This document shows positions 26,801 to 37,831 of a stretch of 64,000 bases of DNA, in pieces (position 1 is the first letter of the stretch; every line of letters begins with the position of its first letter). The notes under the pieces were generated by a model, which worked only from the letters and a program-made list of their open reading frames with translations, was not told where the DNA came from and did not search any database. Origin of the DNA: Eledone cirrhosa (Eukaryota); NCBI GenBank assembly GCA_964016885.1, contig CAXHJY010001472.1, positions 1,036,176 to 1,100,175 on the forward strand. Direction: 5' to 3'. The position numbers and the translations under genes were made by a program.

Positions 26801-29800
26801 GCCTGATTTTTTAAAAAATGATCTCCCCTTGGACGGCTGGAAATGATCTCCCCTTGGCTGGTTGGAAATTATCTCCCCTTGGACCGCTAGAAATTATCTC
26901 TCCTTGGACGGCTGGAAATTATCTCCCCTTGATTTTTTTACAAATTATCTCCCCCTGATTTTTTTTTACAAATTATCTCCGCCTGATTTTTAAAAAAAAA
27001 TTATCTCCCCTTGGACGGCTGGAAATTATCTCCCCTTGGACGGCTGGAAATTATCTCCCCTTGGAGGGCTGGAAATAACCTCTCCTTGGACGGCTGAAAA
27101 TTATCTCCCCTTGGACGGCTGCAAATTATCTCCCCTTGATTTTTTTTACAAATTATCTCCCCCTGATTTTTTTTTACAAATTATTTACCCCTGATTTTTT
27201 TTACAAATTATCTCCCCCTGATTTTTTTTTACAAATTATCTCCCCCTGATTTTTTTTTACAAATTATCTCCGCCTGATTTTTTTACAAATTATCTCCCCC
27301 TGATTTTTTTTACAATCTCCGCCTGATTTTTTAAAAAATAATCTTCCCTTGGCTGGCGGGAAATTATCTCCCCTTGGACGGCTGGAAATTATCTCCCCTT
27401 GGAAGGATAGAAATTATCTCCCCTTGGACGGCTGGAAATTATCTCCCCTTGGCTGGAAATTATCTCCCCTTGGACGGCTAGAAATTATCTCTCTTTGGAC
27501 GGCTGGAAATTATCTCCCTTTGATTTTTTTTACAAATTATCTCCCTCTGATTTTTTTTACAAATCTCCCCCTGATTTTTAAAAAAAAATTATCTCCCCTT
27601 CGCTGGCTGGAAATTATCTCCCCTTGGACACTGGAAATTATAGCCCCTTGGAGGGCTCGAAATTATCTTCCCTTGGACGGCTGGAAATTATCTCCCCTTG
27701 ATTTTTTTTACAAATTATCTCCCCCTGATTTTTTTTTACAAATTATCTCCCCCTGATTTTTTTTTTTACAAATTATCTCCCCCTGATTTTTTTTACAAAT
27801 TATCTCCCCCTGATTTTTTTTTTACAAATCTCCGCCTGATTTTTTTAAAAAAGTATCTAGCCTTGGACGGCTGGAAATTATCTCCCCTTGGACGGCTGGA
27901 AATTATCTCCCCTTGGACGGCTAGAAATTACCTCTCTTTGGACGGCTGAAAATTATCTCCCCTTGGACGGCTGGAAATTATCTCCCCTTGATTTTTTTAC
28001 AAATTATCTGCCCCTGATTTTTTTTTTACAAATTATCTCCCCCTGATTTTTTTTACAATCTCCGCCTGATTTTTTTAAAAATTATCTTCCCTTGGCTGGC
28101 GGGAAATTATCTCCCCTTGGACGGCTGGAAATTATCTCCCTTTGGAAGGATGGAAATTATCTCCCCTTGGACGGCTAGAAATTATCTCTCTTTGGACGGC
28201 TGGAAATTATCTCCCTTTGATTTTTTTAACAAATTATCTCCCTCTGATTTTTTTTACAAATCTCCCCCTGATTTTTTAAAAAAAATTATCTCCCCTTCGC
28301 TGGCTGGAAATTATCTCCCCTTGGACACTGGAAATTATAGCCCCTTGGAGGGCTGGAAATTATCTTCCCTTGGACGGCTGGAAATTATCTCCCCTTGATT
28401 TTTTTTACAAATTATCTCCCCCTGATTTTTTTTACAAATTATCTCCCCCTGATTTTTTTACAAATTATCTCCGCCTGATTTTTTTAAAAATTATCTTCCC
28501 TTGGCTGGCGGGAAATTATCTCCCCTTGGACGGCTGGAAATTATCTCCCCTTGGAAGGATGGAAATTATCTCCCCTTGGACGGCTGGAAATTATCTCCAT
28601 TTGGACGGCTGAAAATTATCTCCCCTTGATTTTTATTTATAAATTATCTCCCCCTGATTTTTTTTTACAAATTATCTCCCCCTGATTTTTTTTTTACAAA
28701 TTATCTCTCCCTGATTTTTTTTTACAAATATCTCCCCTTGGCTGGCTTGAAATTATCTCATCTTGGCTGGCTGGAAATTATCTCCCCTTGGACGGTTGGA
28801 AATTATCTCCCCTTGGGCGGCTGGAAATTATCTCCCCTTGGACGGCTGGAAATTATCTCCTCTTGGACGGCTGGAAATTATCTCCCCTTGGACGGCTGGA
28901 AATTATCTGCCCTTGATTTTTTTTACAAATTATCTCCCCCTGATTTTTTTAAAAATGATCTCCCCTTGGACGGCTGGAAATGATCTCCCCTTGGCTGGTT
29001 GGAAATTATCTCCCCTTGGACCGCTAGAAATTATCTCTCCTTGGACGGCTAGAAATTATCTCCCCTTGATTTTTTTACAAATTATCTCCCCCTGATTTTT
29101 TTTACAAATCTCCCAGTGATTTTTAAAAAAAAATTATCTCCCCTTCGCTGGCTGGAAATTATCTCCCCTTGGACGGCTAGAAATTACCTCTCCTTGGACG
29201 GCTGAAAATTATCTCCCCTTGGACAGCTGCAAATTATATCCCCTTGATTTTTTTTACAAATTATCTCCCCCTGATTTTTTTTTACAAATTATCTACCCCT
29301 GATTTTTTTTACAAATTATCTCCCCCTGATTTTTTTTTACAAATTATCTCCCCCTGATTTTTCTTTACAAATTATCTCCCCCTGATTTTTTTTTTACAAA
29401 TTATCTCCCACTGATTTTTTTACAAATTATCTCCCCCTTTTTTTTTTACAATCTCCGCCCGATTTTTTTAAAAATTATCTTCCCTTGGCTGGCGGGAAAT
29501 TATCTCCCCTTGGACGGCTGGAAATTATCTCCCCTTGGAAGGATGGAAATTATCTCCCCTTGGACGGCTGGAAATTATCTCCCCTTGCTCGGCTGGAAAT
29601 TATCTCCCCTTGGACAGCTGGAAATTATCTGCCCTTGATTTTGTTTTTACAAATTATCTCCCCCTGATTTTTTTTACAAATTATCTCCACCTGATTTTTT
29701 AAAAAATTATTTCCCTTTGGACGGCTGGAAATTATCTCCCCTTGGCTGGAAATTATCTCCCCTTGGACGGCTAGAAATTATCTCTCTTTGGACGGCTGGA

Positions 29801-32748
29801 AATTATCTCCTTTTGATTTTTTTTACAAATTAACTCCCTCTGATTTTTTTTACAAATCTCCCCCTGATTTTTAAAAAAAAATTATCTCCTCTTCGCCGGC
29901 TGGAAATTATCTCCCCTTGGACACTGGAAATTATAGCCCCTTGAAGGGCTGGAAATTATCTTCCCTTGGACGGCTGGAAATTATCTCCCCTTGATTTTTT
30001 TTACAAATTATCTCCCCCTGATTTTTTTAAAAATGATCTCCCCTTTGGACGGCTGGAAATGATCTCCCCTTGGCTGGTTGGAAATTATCTCCCCTTGGAC
30101 CGCTAGAAATTATCTCTCCTTGGACGGCTGGAAATTATCTCCCCTTGATTTTTTTACAAATTATCTCCACCTGATTTTTTTTACAAATCTCCCAGTGATT
30201 TTTTAAAAAAATTATCTCCCCTTCGCTGGCTGGAAATTATCTCCCCTTGGACGCTGGAAATTATAGCCCCTTGGAGGGCTGGAAATTATCTTCCCTTGGA
30301 CGGCTGGAAATTATCTCCCCTTGATTTTTTTACAAATTATCTCCCCAGGATTTTTTTTTACAAATTATCTCCCCCTGATTTTTTTTTACAAATTATCTCC
30401 CCCTGATTTTTTTTACAAATTATCTCCGCCTGATTTTTTTAAAAAAATTATCTCCCCTTGGACGGCTGGAAATTATCTCCCCTTGGACGGCTGGAAATTA
30501 TCTCCCCTTGGACGGCTAGAAATTACCTCTCCTTGGACGGCTGAAAATTATCTCCCCTTGGACGGCTGCAAATTATCTCCCCTTGATTTTATTTACAAAT
30601 TATCTCCCCCTGATTTTTTTTTACAAATTATCTCCCCCTGATTTTTTTTTACAAATTATCTACCCCTGATTTTTTTACAAATTATCTCCCCTGATTTTTT
30701 TGTACAAATTATCTCCCCCTGATTTTTTTTACAATCTCCGCCTGATTTTTTTAAAAATTATCTTCCCTTGGCTGGCGGGAAATTATCTCCCCTTGGACGG
30801 CTGGAAATTATCTCCCCTTGGAAGGATGGAAATTATCTCCCCTTGGACGGCTGGAAATTATCTCCCCTTGCACGGCTGGAAATTATCTCCCCTTGGACAG
30901 CTGGAAATTATCTGCCCTTGATTTTGTTTTTACAAATTATCTCCCCCTGATTTTTTTTACAAATTATCTCCACCTGATTTTTTAAAAAATTATCTCCACT
31001 TGGACGGCTGGAAATTATCTCCCCTTGGCTGGAAATTATCTCCCCTTGGACGGCTAGATATTATCTCTTTGGACGGCTGGAAATTATCTCCCTTTTATTT
31101 TTTTTACAAATTATCTCCCTCTAATTTTTTTACAAATCTCCCCCTGATTTTTTAAAAAAAATTATCTCCCCTTCGCTGGCTGGAAATTATCTCCCCTTGG
31201 ACACTGGAAATTATAGCCCCTTGGAGGGCTGCAAATTACCTTCCCTTGGACGGCTGGAAATTATCTCCCCTTGATTTTTTTTTACAAATTATCTCCCCCT
31301 GATTTTTTTTTACAAATTATCTCCCCCTGATTTTTTTTTTACAAATTATCTCCCCCTGATTTTTTTACAAATTATCTCCCCCTGATTTTTTTACAAATTA
31401 CCTCCGCCTGATTTTTTAAAAAATTATCTTCCATTGGCTGGCGGGAAATTATCTCCCCTTGGACGGCTGGAAATTATCTCCCCTTGCACGGCTGGAAATT
31501 ATCTCCCCCTTGGACGGCTGAAAATTATCTCCCCTTGATTTTTTTTTACAAATTATCTCCCCCTGATTTTTTTTACAAATTATCTCCCCTTGATTTTTTT
31601 TTTACAAATTATCTCCGCCTGATTTTTTTTAAAAATTATCTCCCCTTGGACGGCTGGAAATTATCTCCCCTTGCACTGCTGGAAATTATCTCCCCTTGGA
31701 CGGCTGGAAATTATCTGCCCTTGATTTTGTTTTTACAAATTATCTTCCCCTGATTTTTTTTACAAATTATCTCCACCTGATTTTTTAAAAAATTATCTCC
31801 CCTCGGACGGCTGGAAATTATCTCCCCTTGGCTGGAAATTATCTCCCCTTGGACGGCTAGAAATTATCTCTCTTTTGACGGCTGGAAATTATCTCCCCTT
31901 GATTTTTTTTACAAATTATCTCCCCCTGATTTTTTTTACAAATCTCCCAGTGATTTTAAAAAAAAAATTATCTCCCCTTCGCTGGCTGGAAATTATCTGC
32001 CCTTGGACGCTGGAAATTATAGCCCATTGGAGGGCTGGAAATTATCTTCCCTTGGACGGCTGGAAATTATCTCCCCTTGATTTTTTTACAAATTATCTCC
32101 CCAGGATTTTTTTTTACAAATTATCTCCCCCTGATTTTTTTTACAAATTATCTCCCCCTGATTTTTTTTACAAATTATCTCCCCCTGATTTTTTAAAAAA
32201 AATTATCTCCCCTTGGACGGCTGGAAATTATCTCCCCTTGGACGGCTGGAAATTATCTCCCCTTGGACGGCTAGAAATTACCTCTCCTTGGACGGCTGAA
32301 AATTATCTCCCCTTGGACGGCTGCAAATTATCTCCCCTTGATTTTTTTTACAAATTATCTCCCCCTGATTTTTTTACAAATTATCTCCCCCTGATTTTTT
32401 TTTACAAATTATCTCCCCCTGATTTTTTTTACAAATTATCTCCCCCTGATTTTTTTTTACAAATTATCTCCCCCTGATTTTTTTACAAATTATCTCCCCC
32501 TGATTTTTTTTACAATCTCCGCCTGATTTTTTTAAAAATTATCTTCCCTTGGCTGTAATCCATCTGTCATTGTTGGCTAATAAAGACTTTTGATGTATTG
32601 AAGGCTTCTTTGTTTTATTTTCATAATTCTTCGGCTCTGTTTAATTACATTGAGCTATACCTTTTACTGTCATTTCTATAATACGAAGAGGGTGTTTAAA
32701 TCCAACACGCTCCAGTATTTTAATCCTTATATATATATATATATATAT

Positions 32749-32783
<35 letters not shown>

Positions 32784-32784
<1 letters not shown>

Positions 32785-32917
32785 CGTTTGAATATGTGTA
32801 ATAAGGCCAAGACAATGCAGGTATGGACATAGAAAAAAGAATGCAATAGTGAAAGATATTGATGTGAATTCGTCTTTCACCTGCATTGTCTTGGCCTTAT
32901 TACACATATTCAAACGT
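32784..32917. repeat. Inverted repeat, 39-bp perfect arms, between (TA)n tracts
   Basis: acgtttgaatatgtgtaataaggccaagacaatgcaggt (32784-32822) is the reverse complement of 32879-32917. Confidence 0.9.
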
Positions 32918-32969
32918 TTATACCTCATTACCTCATTACACAATGCTTCAAGTGAACTATAACCTCCTC

Positions 32970-33007
<38 letters not shown>

Positions 33008-33428
33008 CAATGGCTGTAAGACTGGTGTCTACAGGATGGGTGGGGTTCAATGGTTTAAAGAAAAGGGAAATTCTTTAGAAGCTAATTCTTTAAGGCTGAA
33101 ATAAGGGTGACAAAGGCAGAAAGGGTTCCATCAACAGATTCAAATGTTGGGGTGAGCCCCCCCCCTATTGATATATATTCTTAATATATATTCCAGGTGT
33201 CGAGAAACACATTCACACTCGCCCACTTACACACGTACACACACACAACAAACATACTTAATGCTACATACACACATACATATATACAAATATATACACA
33301 TATATATACACATACATACAAATATGTGTACACACACATATATATATATACATATAACATATATAAATATGTATATATATACATATATACATATAACGTA
33401 TATATATATATACATATATATATATGTA

Positions 33429-33527
33429 GGAGGTTGGTGTTAGGAAGGGCATTCAACTGTAGAAATCAAGTTCCCGTCCCACCCTTTCAAGCAGGGAAAA
33501 GCGGACGTAAAATGATGATGATGATGA
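33429..33527 (+). mobile_element. Short RTE-LINE/SINE-type 3' end with (GAT)n tail
   Basis: ggttggtgttaggaagggcattcaactgtagaaa...gacgtaaaatgatgatgatg is shared with the 3' UTR of the RTE fragment at 39121-39950. Confidence 0.7.
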
Positions 33528-33529
33528 TA

Positions 33530-33530
33530 C

Positions 33531-33564
<34 letters not shown>

Positions 33565-34210
33565 TCTCATGCAAACACACGTATACACACATTCATATAT
33601 ATATATTTATATAGTAAAGCACTTTACTATTAGGATTATATATATCCATATATGTTGTTCTTGGCTGCTATTTCTAGCGCTAAAATTAAAACCTGAAGTG
33701 GACAAGATGAAAAAGTTAGCTAAAATTCAGTCTCAACTTTTTAAACAATAGATTTTTTTATGTCAACAAACGGAGAATATTTGGCAAGAAAGATAACTCT
33801 TGTCTTACTTAAAGCCGGAAATTGAGTTAAAAATTTTGCGGGTCTGCAGTTTATATAAACCTTCTTATTTGGTCTTGTTAACTGGCATTTGACTGCTATT
33901 TCTAGCATATATTAATAGACACTTTAGAAATAGCAGCCAAAAGTCAGCTAACAACACTATAGGAAACACCAGAAAGAAGGACTCATGCACACACACACAT
34001 ATATATATATATATGTACATGAGTGTGTGTGTATATATATATACATGTACACACACTCAGACATCTGTGTGTGCGTTTATATATATATATATACACAGAC
34101 ACGCACAAATATATTAATATATGTGAGTATATATATATAATATATGTATGTATGCATGTGTGTGTATATATGTGTATGTGTACGTATTCATACATACATA
34201 TATATGTGTA

Positions 34211-34241
<31 letters not shown>

Positions 34242-34252
34242 GCATATATATG

Positions 34253-34307
<55 letters not shown>

Positions 34308-34419
34308 GTGTGTGGGGGGAGGGGGTTGTATATAAATATTCACACACACATACACATAGATATACATATACTGTATATATATATACATATACATATATAT
34401 CATATACACACATATACTG

Positions 34420-34452
<33 letters not shown>

Positions 34453-34478
34453 ACATATATATATGTATATGTATATAC

Positions 34479-34517
<39 letters not shown>

Positions 34518-34645
34518 CATATATATGCATATATATATATATATATACACACATATATGTATGTATGAATACGTACACATACACATATATACACACATGC
34601 ATATATTATATATATATATACGCACATATATTAATATATTTGTGC

Positions 34646-34679
<34 letters not shown>

Positions 34680-34997
34680 ACACACACACAGATGTCTGTG
34701 TGTGTGTACATGTATATATATATACACACACACACACTTATGTACATATATATATATATGTGTGTGTGTGCATGAGTCCTTCTTTCTGGTGTTTCCTATA
34801 GTGTTGTTAGCTGACTTTTGGCTGCTATTTCTAAAGTGTCTATTAATATATGCTAGAAACAGCAGCCAAGGCAACATATATAGATATATATAATCCTAAT
34901 AGTAAAGTGCTTTACTATATAAATATATATATGTGAATGTGAGTATCTGTGTGTATGCATGAGAGTGTATGTGTGTGTGTATATATATATATATATA
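33530..34997. repeat. ~1.5-kb imperfect fold-back (inverted duplication) rich in (TA)n/(CA)n
   Basis: 33889-34300 pairs with 34480-34869 (e.g. ctataggaaacaccagaaagaaggactcatgcac vs gtgcatgagtccttctttctggtgtttcctatag). 33530-33678 pairs with 34851-34997. The left arm has a ~210-bp extra segment at 33679-33888. Confidence 0.85.
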
Positions 34998-35386
34998 TTG
35001 GTAAACGGAATAGAAAATGCTGACAAATTATTCACAGTTGAAAAATGGTTTAATTAGGAATAAAAGAGTATTAGTGATTGTATGGGTTAGTATTCAGTTG
35101 TGGTTTTAAGTTTTTAAGTTTTTACCGGTTGCGCATTCCTAAATGCTTTTCAAAAATAATTTTGAGATAGCGTGTCCGTGTTGTTTGCTCTGATCAACAC
35201 GGACACTCTATCTCAAAATTATTTTTGAAAAGCATTTAGAAATGCGCAACCGGTAAAAACTTAAAAACTTAAAACCACAACTGAATACTAACCCATACAA
35301 TCACTAATACTCTTTTATTCCTAATTAAACCATTTTTCAACTGTGAACAATTTGTCAGCATTTTCTATTCCGTTTACCAATATATA
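34992..35386. repeat. Near-perfect palindrome, 192-bp arms, 11-nt loop; each arm carries a degenerate hammerhead-like motif
   Basis: 34992-35183 is the reverse complement of 35195-35386 with few mismatches; loop tttgctctgat. Motif TTGAAAA-GCATT-TAGA-AATGC-GCAA-CCGG-TA at 35225-35255. Confidence 0.92.
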
Positions 35387-35701
35387 ATAACTTGTGTGTT
35401 ACACCTCTATTCTTTTAACTATATATATATATATATAATATATAAGATCAAAAGATGGTTAAAAGAGTTCCATGTATTTTATTATGTGCATTTCAAAAAC
35501 AAACATCATCATGCAATAATATTTGTGTTTTCATAAGATAAAATAGGAAGACATGATATGAAGGTTAAAAAACACTTGTGGATAGTGCAGTTTTAAATCA
35601 ACATATCTTATATATTATGTATACTCCAGTCCTACAAACTGTAGAGTGCTTCTTATCCGATATCTGCATTGCTTTATTGTACTACAATAAAACTCACCTC
35701 C

Positions 35702-35738
<37 letters not shown>

Positions 35739-35869
35739 GTGAGGTTTTTTTTACAAAATGAAAAATAACCGAGGTGTCCTACACGAGTGAAAGTATAAAG
35801 AAAAAAAGATGAAATCGAAAATGCAACTGGAGTCTTATTTAAAAAAATATATATATATTTATTTGGTTC

Positions 35870-35905
35870 CTTTACCGGTTTCGCAGTTCTTCTGCTTTTC
35901 AAAAG
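35870..35905 (-). ncRNA. Putative minimal hammerhead ribozyme, U3-A8 variant (left-arm copy in the 35803-36078 palindrome)
   Basis: Reverse complement reads ctt TTGAAAA GCAG aagaa CTGC GAAA CCGG TA aag; stem I ctt/aag is 3 bp. Confidence 0.5.
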
Positions 35906-35976
35906 TAGAGTTGAGATGGAGGGTCTGTGGTTTTTCTCTTGTGAGGAAAACCACAGAACCTCCATCTCAACTCTAA

Positions 35977-36011
35977 TTTTGAAAAGCAGAAGAACTGCGA
36001 AACCGGTAAAG
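35977..36011 (+). ncRNA. Putative minimal type-I hammerhead ribozyme, U3-A8 core variant (Penelope pLTR-like)
   Basis: TTGAAAA (U3 U4 G5 A6 N7 A8 A9), stem II GCAG/aagaa/CTGC, GAAA, palindromic CCGG, TA (GUA triplet). Stem I is only 2 bp; AATAAA follows downstream. Confidence 0.45.
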
Positions 36012-36073
36012 GAACCAAATAAATATATATATTTTTTTAAAAATAAGACTCCAGTTGCATTTTTGATTTCATC

Positions 36074-36120
<47 letters not shown>

Positions 36121-36122
<2 letters not shown>

Positions 36123-36228
36123 CATCATCATCATCCTTTTACGTCCGTTTTTCCCTGTTTGCAGGGGTAGGACAGGAACTGATTCTGGCTTGATTTCTAC
36201 AGCCGGATGCCCTTCCTAACACCAACCT
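36121..36228 (-). mobile_element. Short RTE/SINE-type 3' end with (GAT)n tail
   Basis: atcatcatcatc...tttctacagccggatgcccttcctaacaccaacc is the reverse complement of the shared 3' UTR motif. Confidence 0.7.
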
Positions 36229-36317
36229 CATACATATATATATATGTATATATATATATTATATGTATATTTGTATATATACATATGTTATATGTATATA
36301 TATATGTATATATATCC

Positions 36318-36625
36318 AAAATTAAAATTAAGGGTTGTCATGTCTGAGAGACATGCGCCATATCCACCGTAGAATAAGCTCAAAGATTAGATCCGAGCAT
36401 TACATATCAACTAGAAATAGATTGACATATATATATATATAATAAATACATGAAACAATCACAGAGTATAATTTGTAAAGAATGTAGGCACACATAGCTA
36501 GGTAGGTAACTAATTAAAGTTTAACTAGAACTTCAAATATAGATACCTTTTAAAATGATTAATCTCCTTTGTATATATTTCTTTAAGTAAGAAATATATT
36601 TCACCTATTAATCCGTAAATCACAG
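36318..36625 (+). pseudogene. Possible highly decayed Penelope-like element C-terminus (Zn-knuckle linker + GIY-YIG endonuclease)
   Basis: Manual translation gives IKGCHV*ETCAI (36327-) and ICKECRHT*LG (36471-36503; C..C...YxG-like), then IPFK and EIYF fragments. Many stops and indels. Confidence 0.3.
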
Positions 36626-36819
36626 CAGTTAAATTCTTGGATGTTCACCAAAGGAGAAGAAGATAACCATCTGCGTTTACACAGCAAATGCAAAACTGCG
36701 AATGATTTGGACCACGTGTTTTCCATGGGGATGACGTGGTTCAACGAGTGTATTTTTAAAAACGGAATGAGGGGTACACACACACACATATATATATATA
36801 TATATGTGTATATATATAT

Positions 36820-36859
<40 letters not shown>

Positions 36860-36864
<5 letters not shown>

Positions 36865-37023
36865 ATATTAATAAATGGAAACTATATTTATAAAACCATA
36901 TATATTTTATTATACATATTTCAAGGGCCACATTCTTTAGGATCTCTTCTTCTCTAAAAGACATTGTGGCCCTTGAAATATGTATAATAAAATAAATATA
37001 GTTTCCATTTATTAATATATTGT
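36860..37023. repeat. Imperfect palindrome (~65-80-bp arms) next to (TA)n
   Basis: acaatatattaataaatggaaactatattta...tttcaagggccaca vs tgtggcccttgaaa...taaatatagtttccatttattaatatattgt. Confidence 0.85.
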
Positions 37024-37110
37024 GTAGTTACACCACTAAGTGTTGAGTGCTTTATATCAGTTATAAAAATGTTTAAGCTTGTTGAATCCCAACAAATTAA
37101 ATATAACCTC

Positions 37111-37177
<67 letters not shown>

Positions 37178-37345
37178 TAAAATAACAGATTAAAGTTTAA
37201 GCAAAGAATCGCTGCTTTCACCCTTAAAGGGATCTTCTGAAAAAATTTTAATAAATATTTGCTCTACGGTTCTTATATATTTAATATATATTTATCCTTA
37301 TCGAGCTCTCTTTGGATTTTAGTCTTCAAATTTATTATTATTACT

Positions 37346-37600
37346 ATCATCATCATCGTTTAACGTCCATATTCCACGGTTGCATGGGTTTGGACGGGAG
37401 TTTTCCCACTTGAGGCAAGAGTGGTTGTCTTGCTCGCATAGGACTGTCTGGCGGGTTTTCTACGGCTGGATGCCCTTCCTAACACCAACCACATTTACAG
37501 TGTGGAACTGGGAGGTTTTTACTGTGTTACCTACACGGCCACATTACAGCGTGGACTGTGTGTTTATTTTGTCGTGACACCTACACGACCTCATTTGTAC
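37346..37600 (-). mobile_element. RTE-type 3' UTR fragment with (GAT)n tail
   Basis: atcatcatcatcgtttaacgtcc...ctacggctggatgcccttcctaacaccaaccacatttacagtgtgg matches the reverse complement of 39770-39950. Confidence 0.7.
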
Positions 37601-37719
37601 TATATATATATATATATATGATAATAATAATAATTGTTATAAAATAAAAAGGACGATTTGTTGTCTTAAGTGGTCCCCAACATTTTCTGCTTCAAATTAA
37701 CCCCTATTATATACAAATT

Positions 37720-37831
37720 GCAACGTATACCTTCCTGCCAGATGGTTGAACGTCCGAAAGTATATAATTTCCTTATGCATATTAACGGCTGAGTAGCCCA
37801 TTTTGCATATCGGCAGGAAGGTATACGTTGC
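37720..37831. repeat. 20-bp perfect inverted repeat overlapping the 5' strand of the hammerhead
   Basis: gcaacgtataccttcctgcc (37720-37739) / ggcaggaaggtatacgttgc (37812-37831). Confidence 0.85.

Larger units (their letters stand above)
1..32555. repeat. Large composite satellite array (core AAATTATCTCCCC; monomer A 25 bp GGACGGCTGGAAATTATCTCCCCTT, monomer B ~26-29 bp ACAAATTATCTCCCCCTGA(T)7-10)
   Basis: Continuous tandem repeats from the window start to an abrupt end at ...cccttggctg|taatcc (~32555). The ORF track shows the same 25-aa periodic peptide (3 x 25 bp) in all frames. Confidence 0.98.
35803..36078. repeat. Near-perfect palindrome, 136-bp arms, 4-nt loop; each arm carries a hammerhead-like motif
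   Basis: 35803-35938 vs 35943-36078, loop ttgt; (TA)n tracts lie on both sides. Confidence 0.92.

Noticed and set aside
193-32477. More than a hundred short + strand ORFs (LEIISPWTAGNYLPLDGWKLSP...)
   Set aside because: They are translations of the 25-bp satellite in all three frames, with constant frameshifts from variable T-tracts and no coding signal.
1-32555. CRISPR-like look (constant core plus spacers)
   Set aside because: Spacers are not unique (two recurring types), the context is eukaryotic, and there are no cas genes.
1-32555. G-quadruplex or telomeric array on the minus strand
   Set aside because: G4-5 runs are separated by loops of more than 20 nt, and there are no TTAGGG repeats.
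33679-33888. Peptide LKLKPEVDKMKKLAKIQSQ faintly resembling a hAT transposase C-terminus
   Set aside because: Too short and no other motifs; it cannot be supported without a search.
33168-35035. Y/I/H/T/C/V-rich ORFs of up to 229 aa
   Set aside because: These are translations of (TA)n/(CA)n microsatellites.
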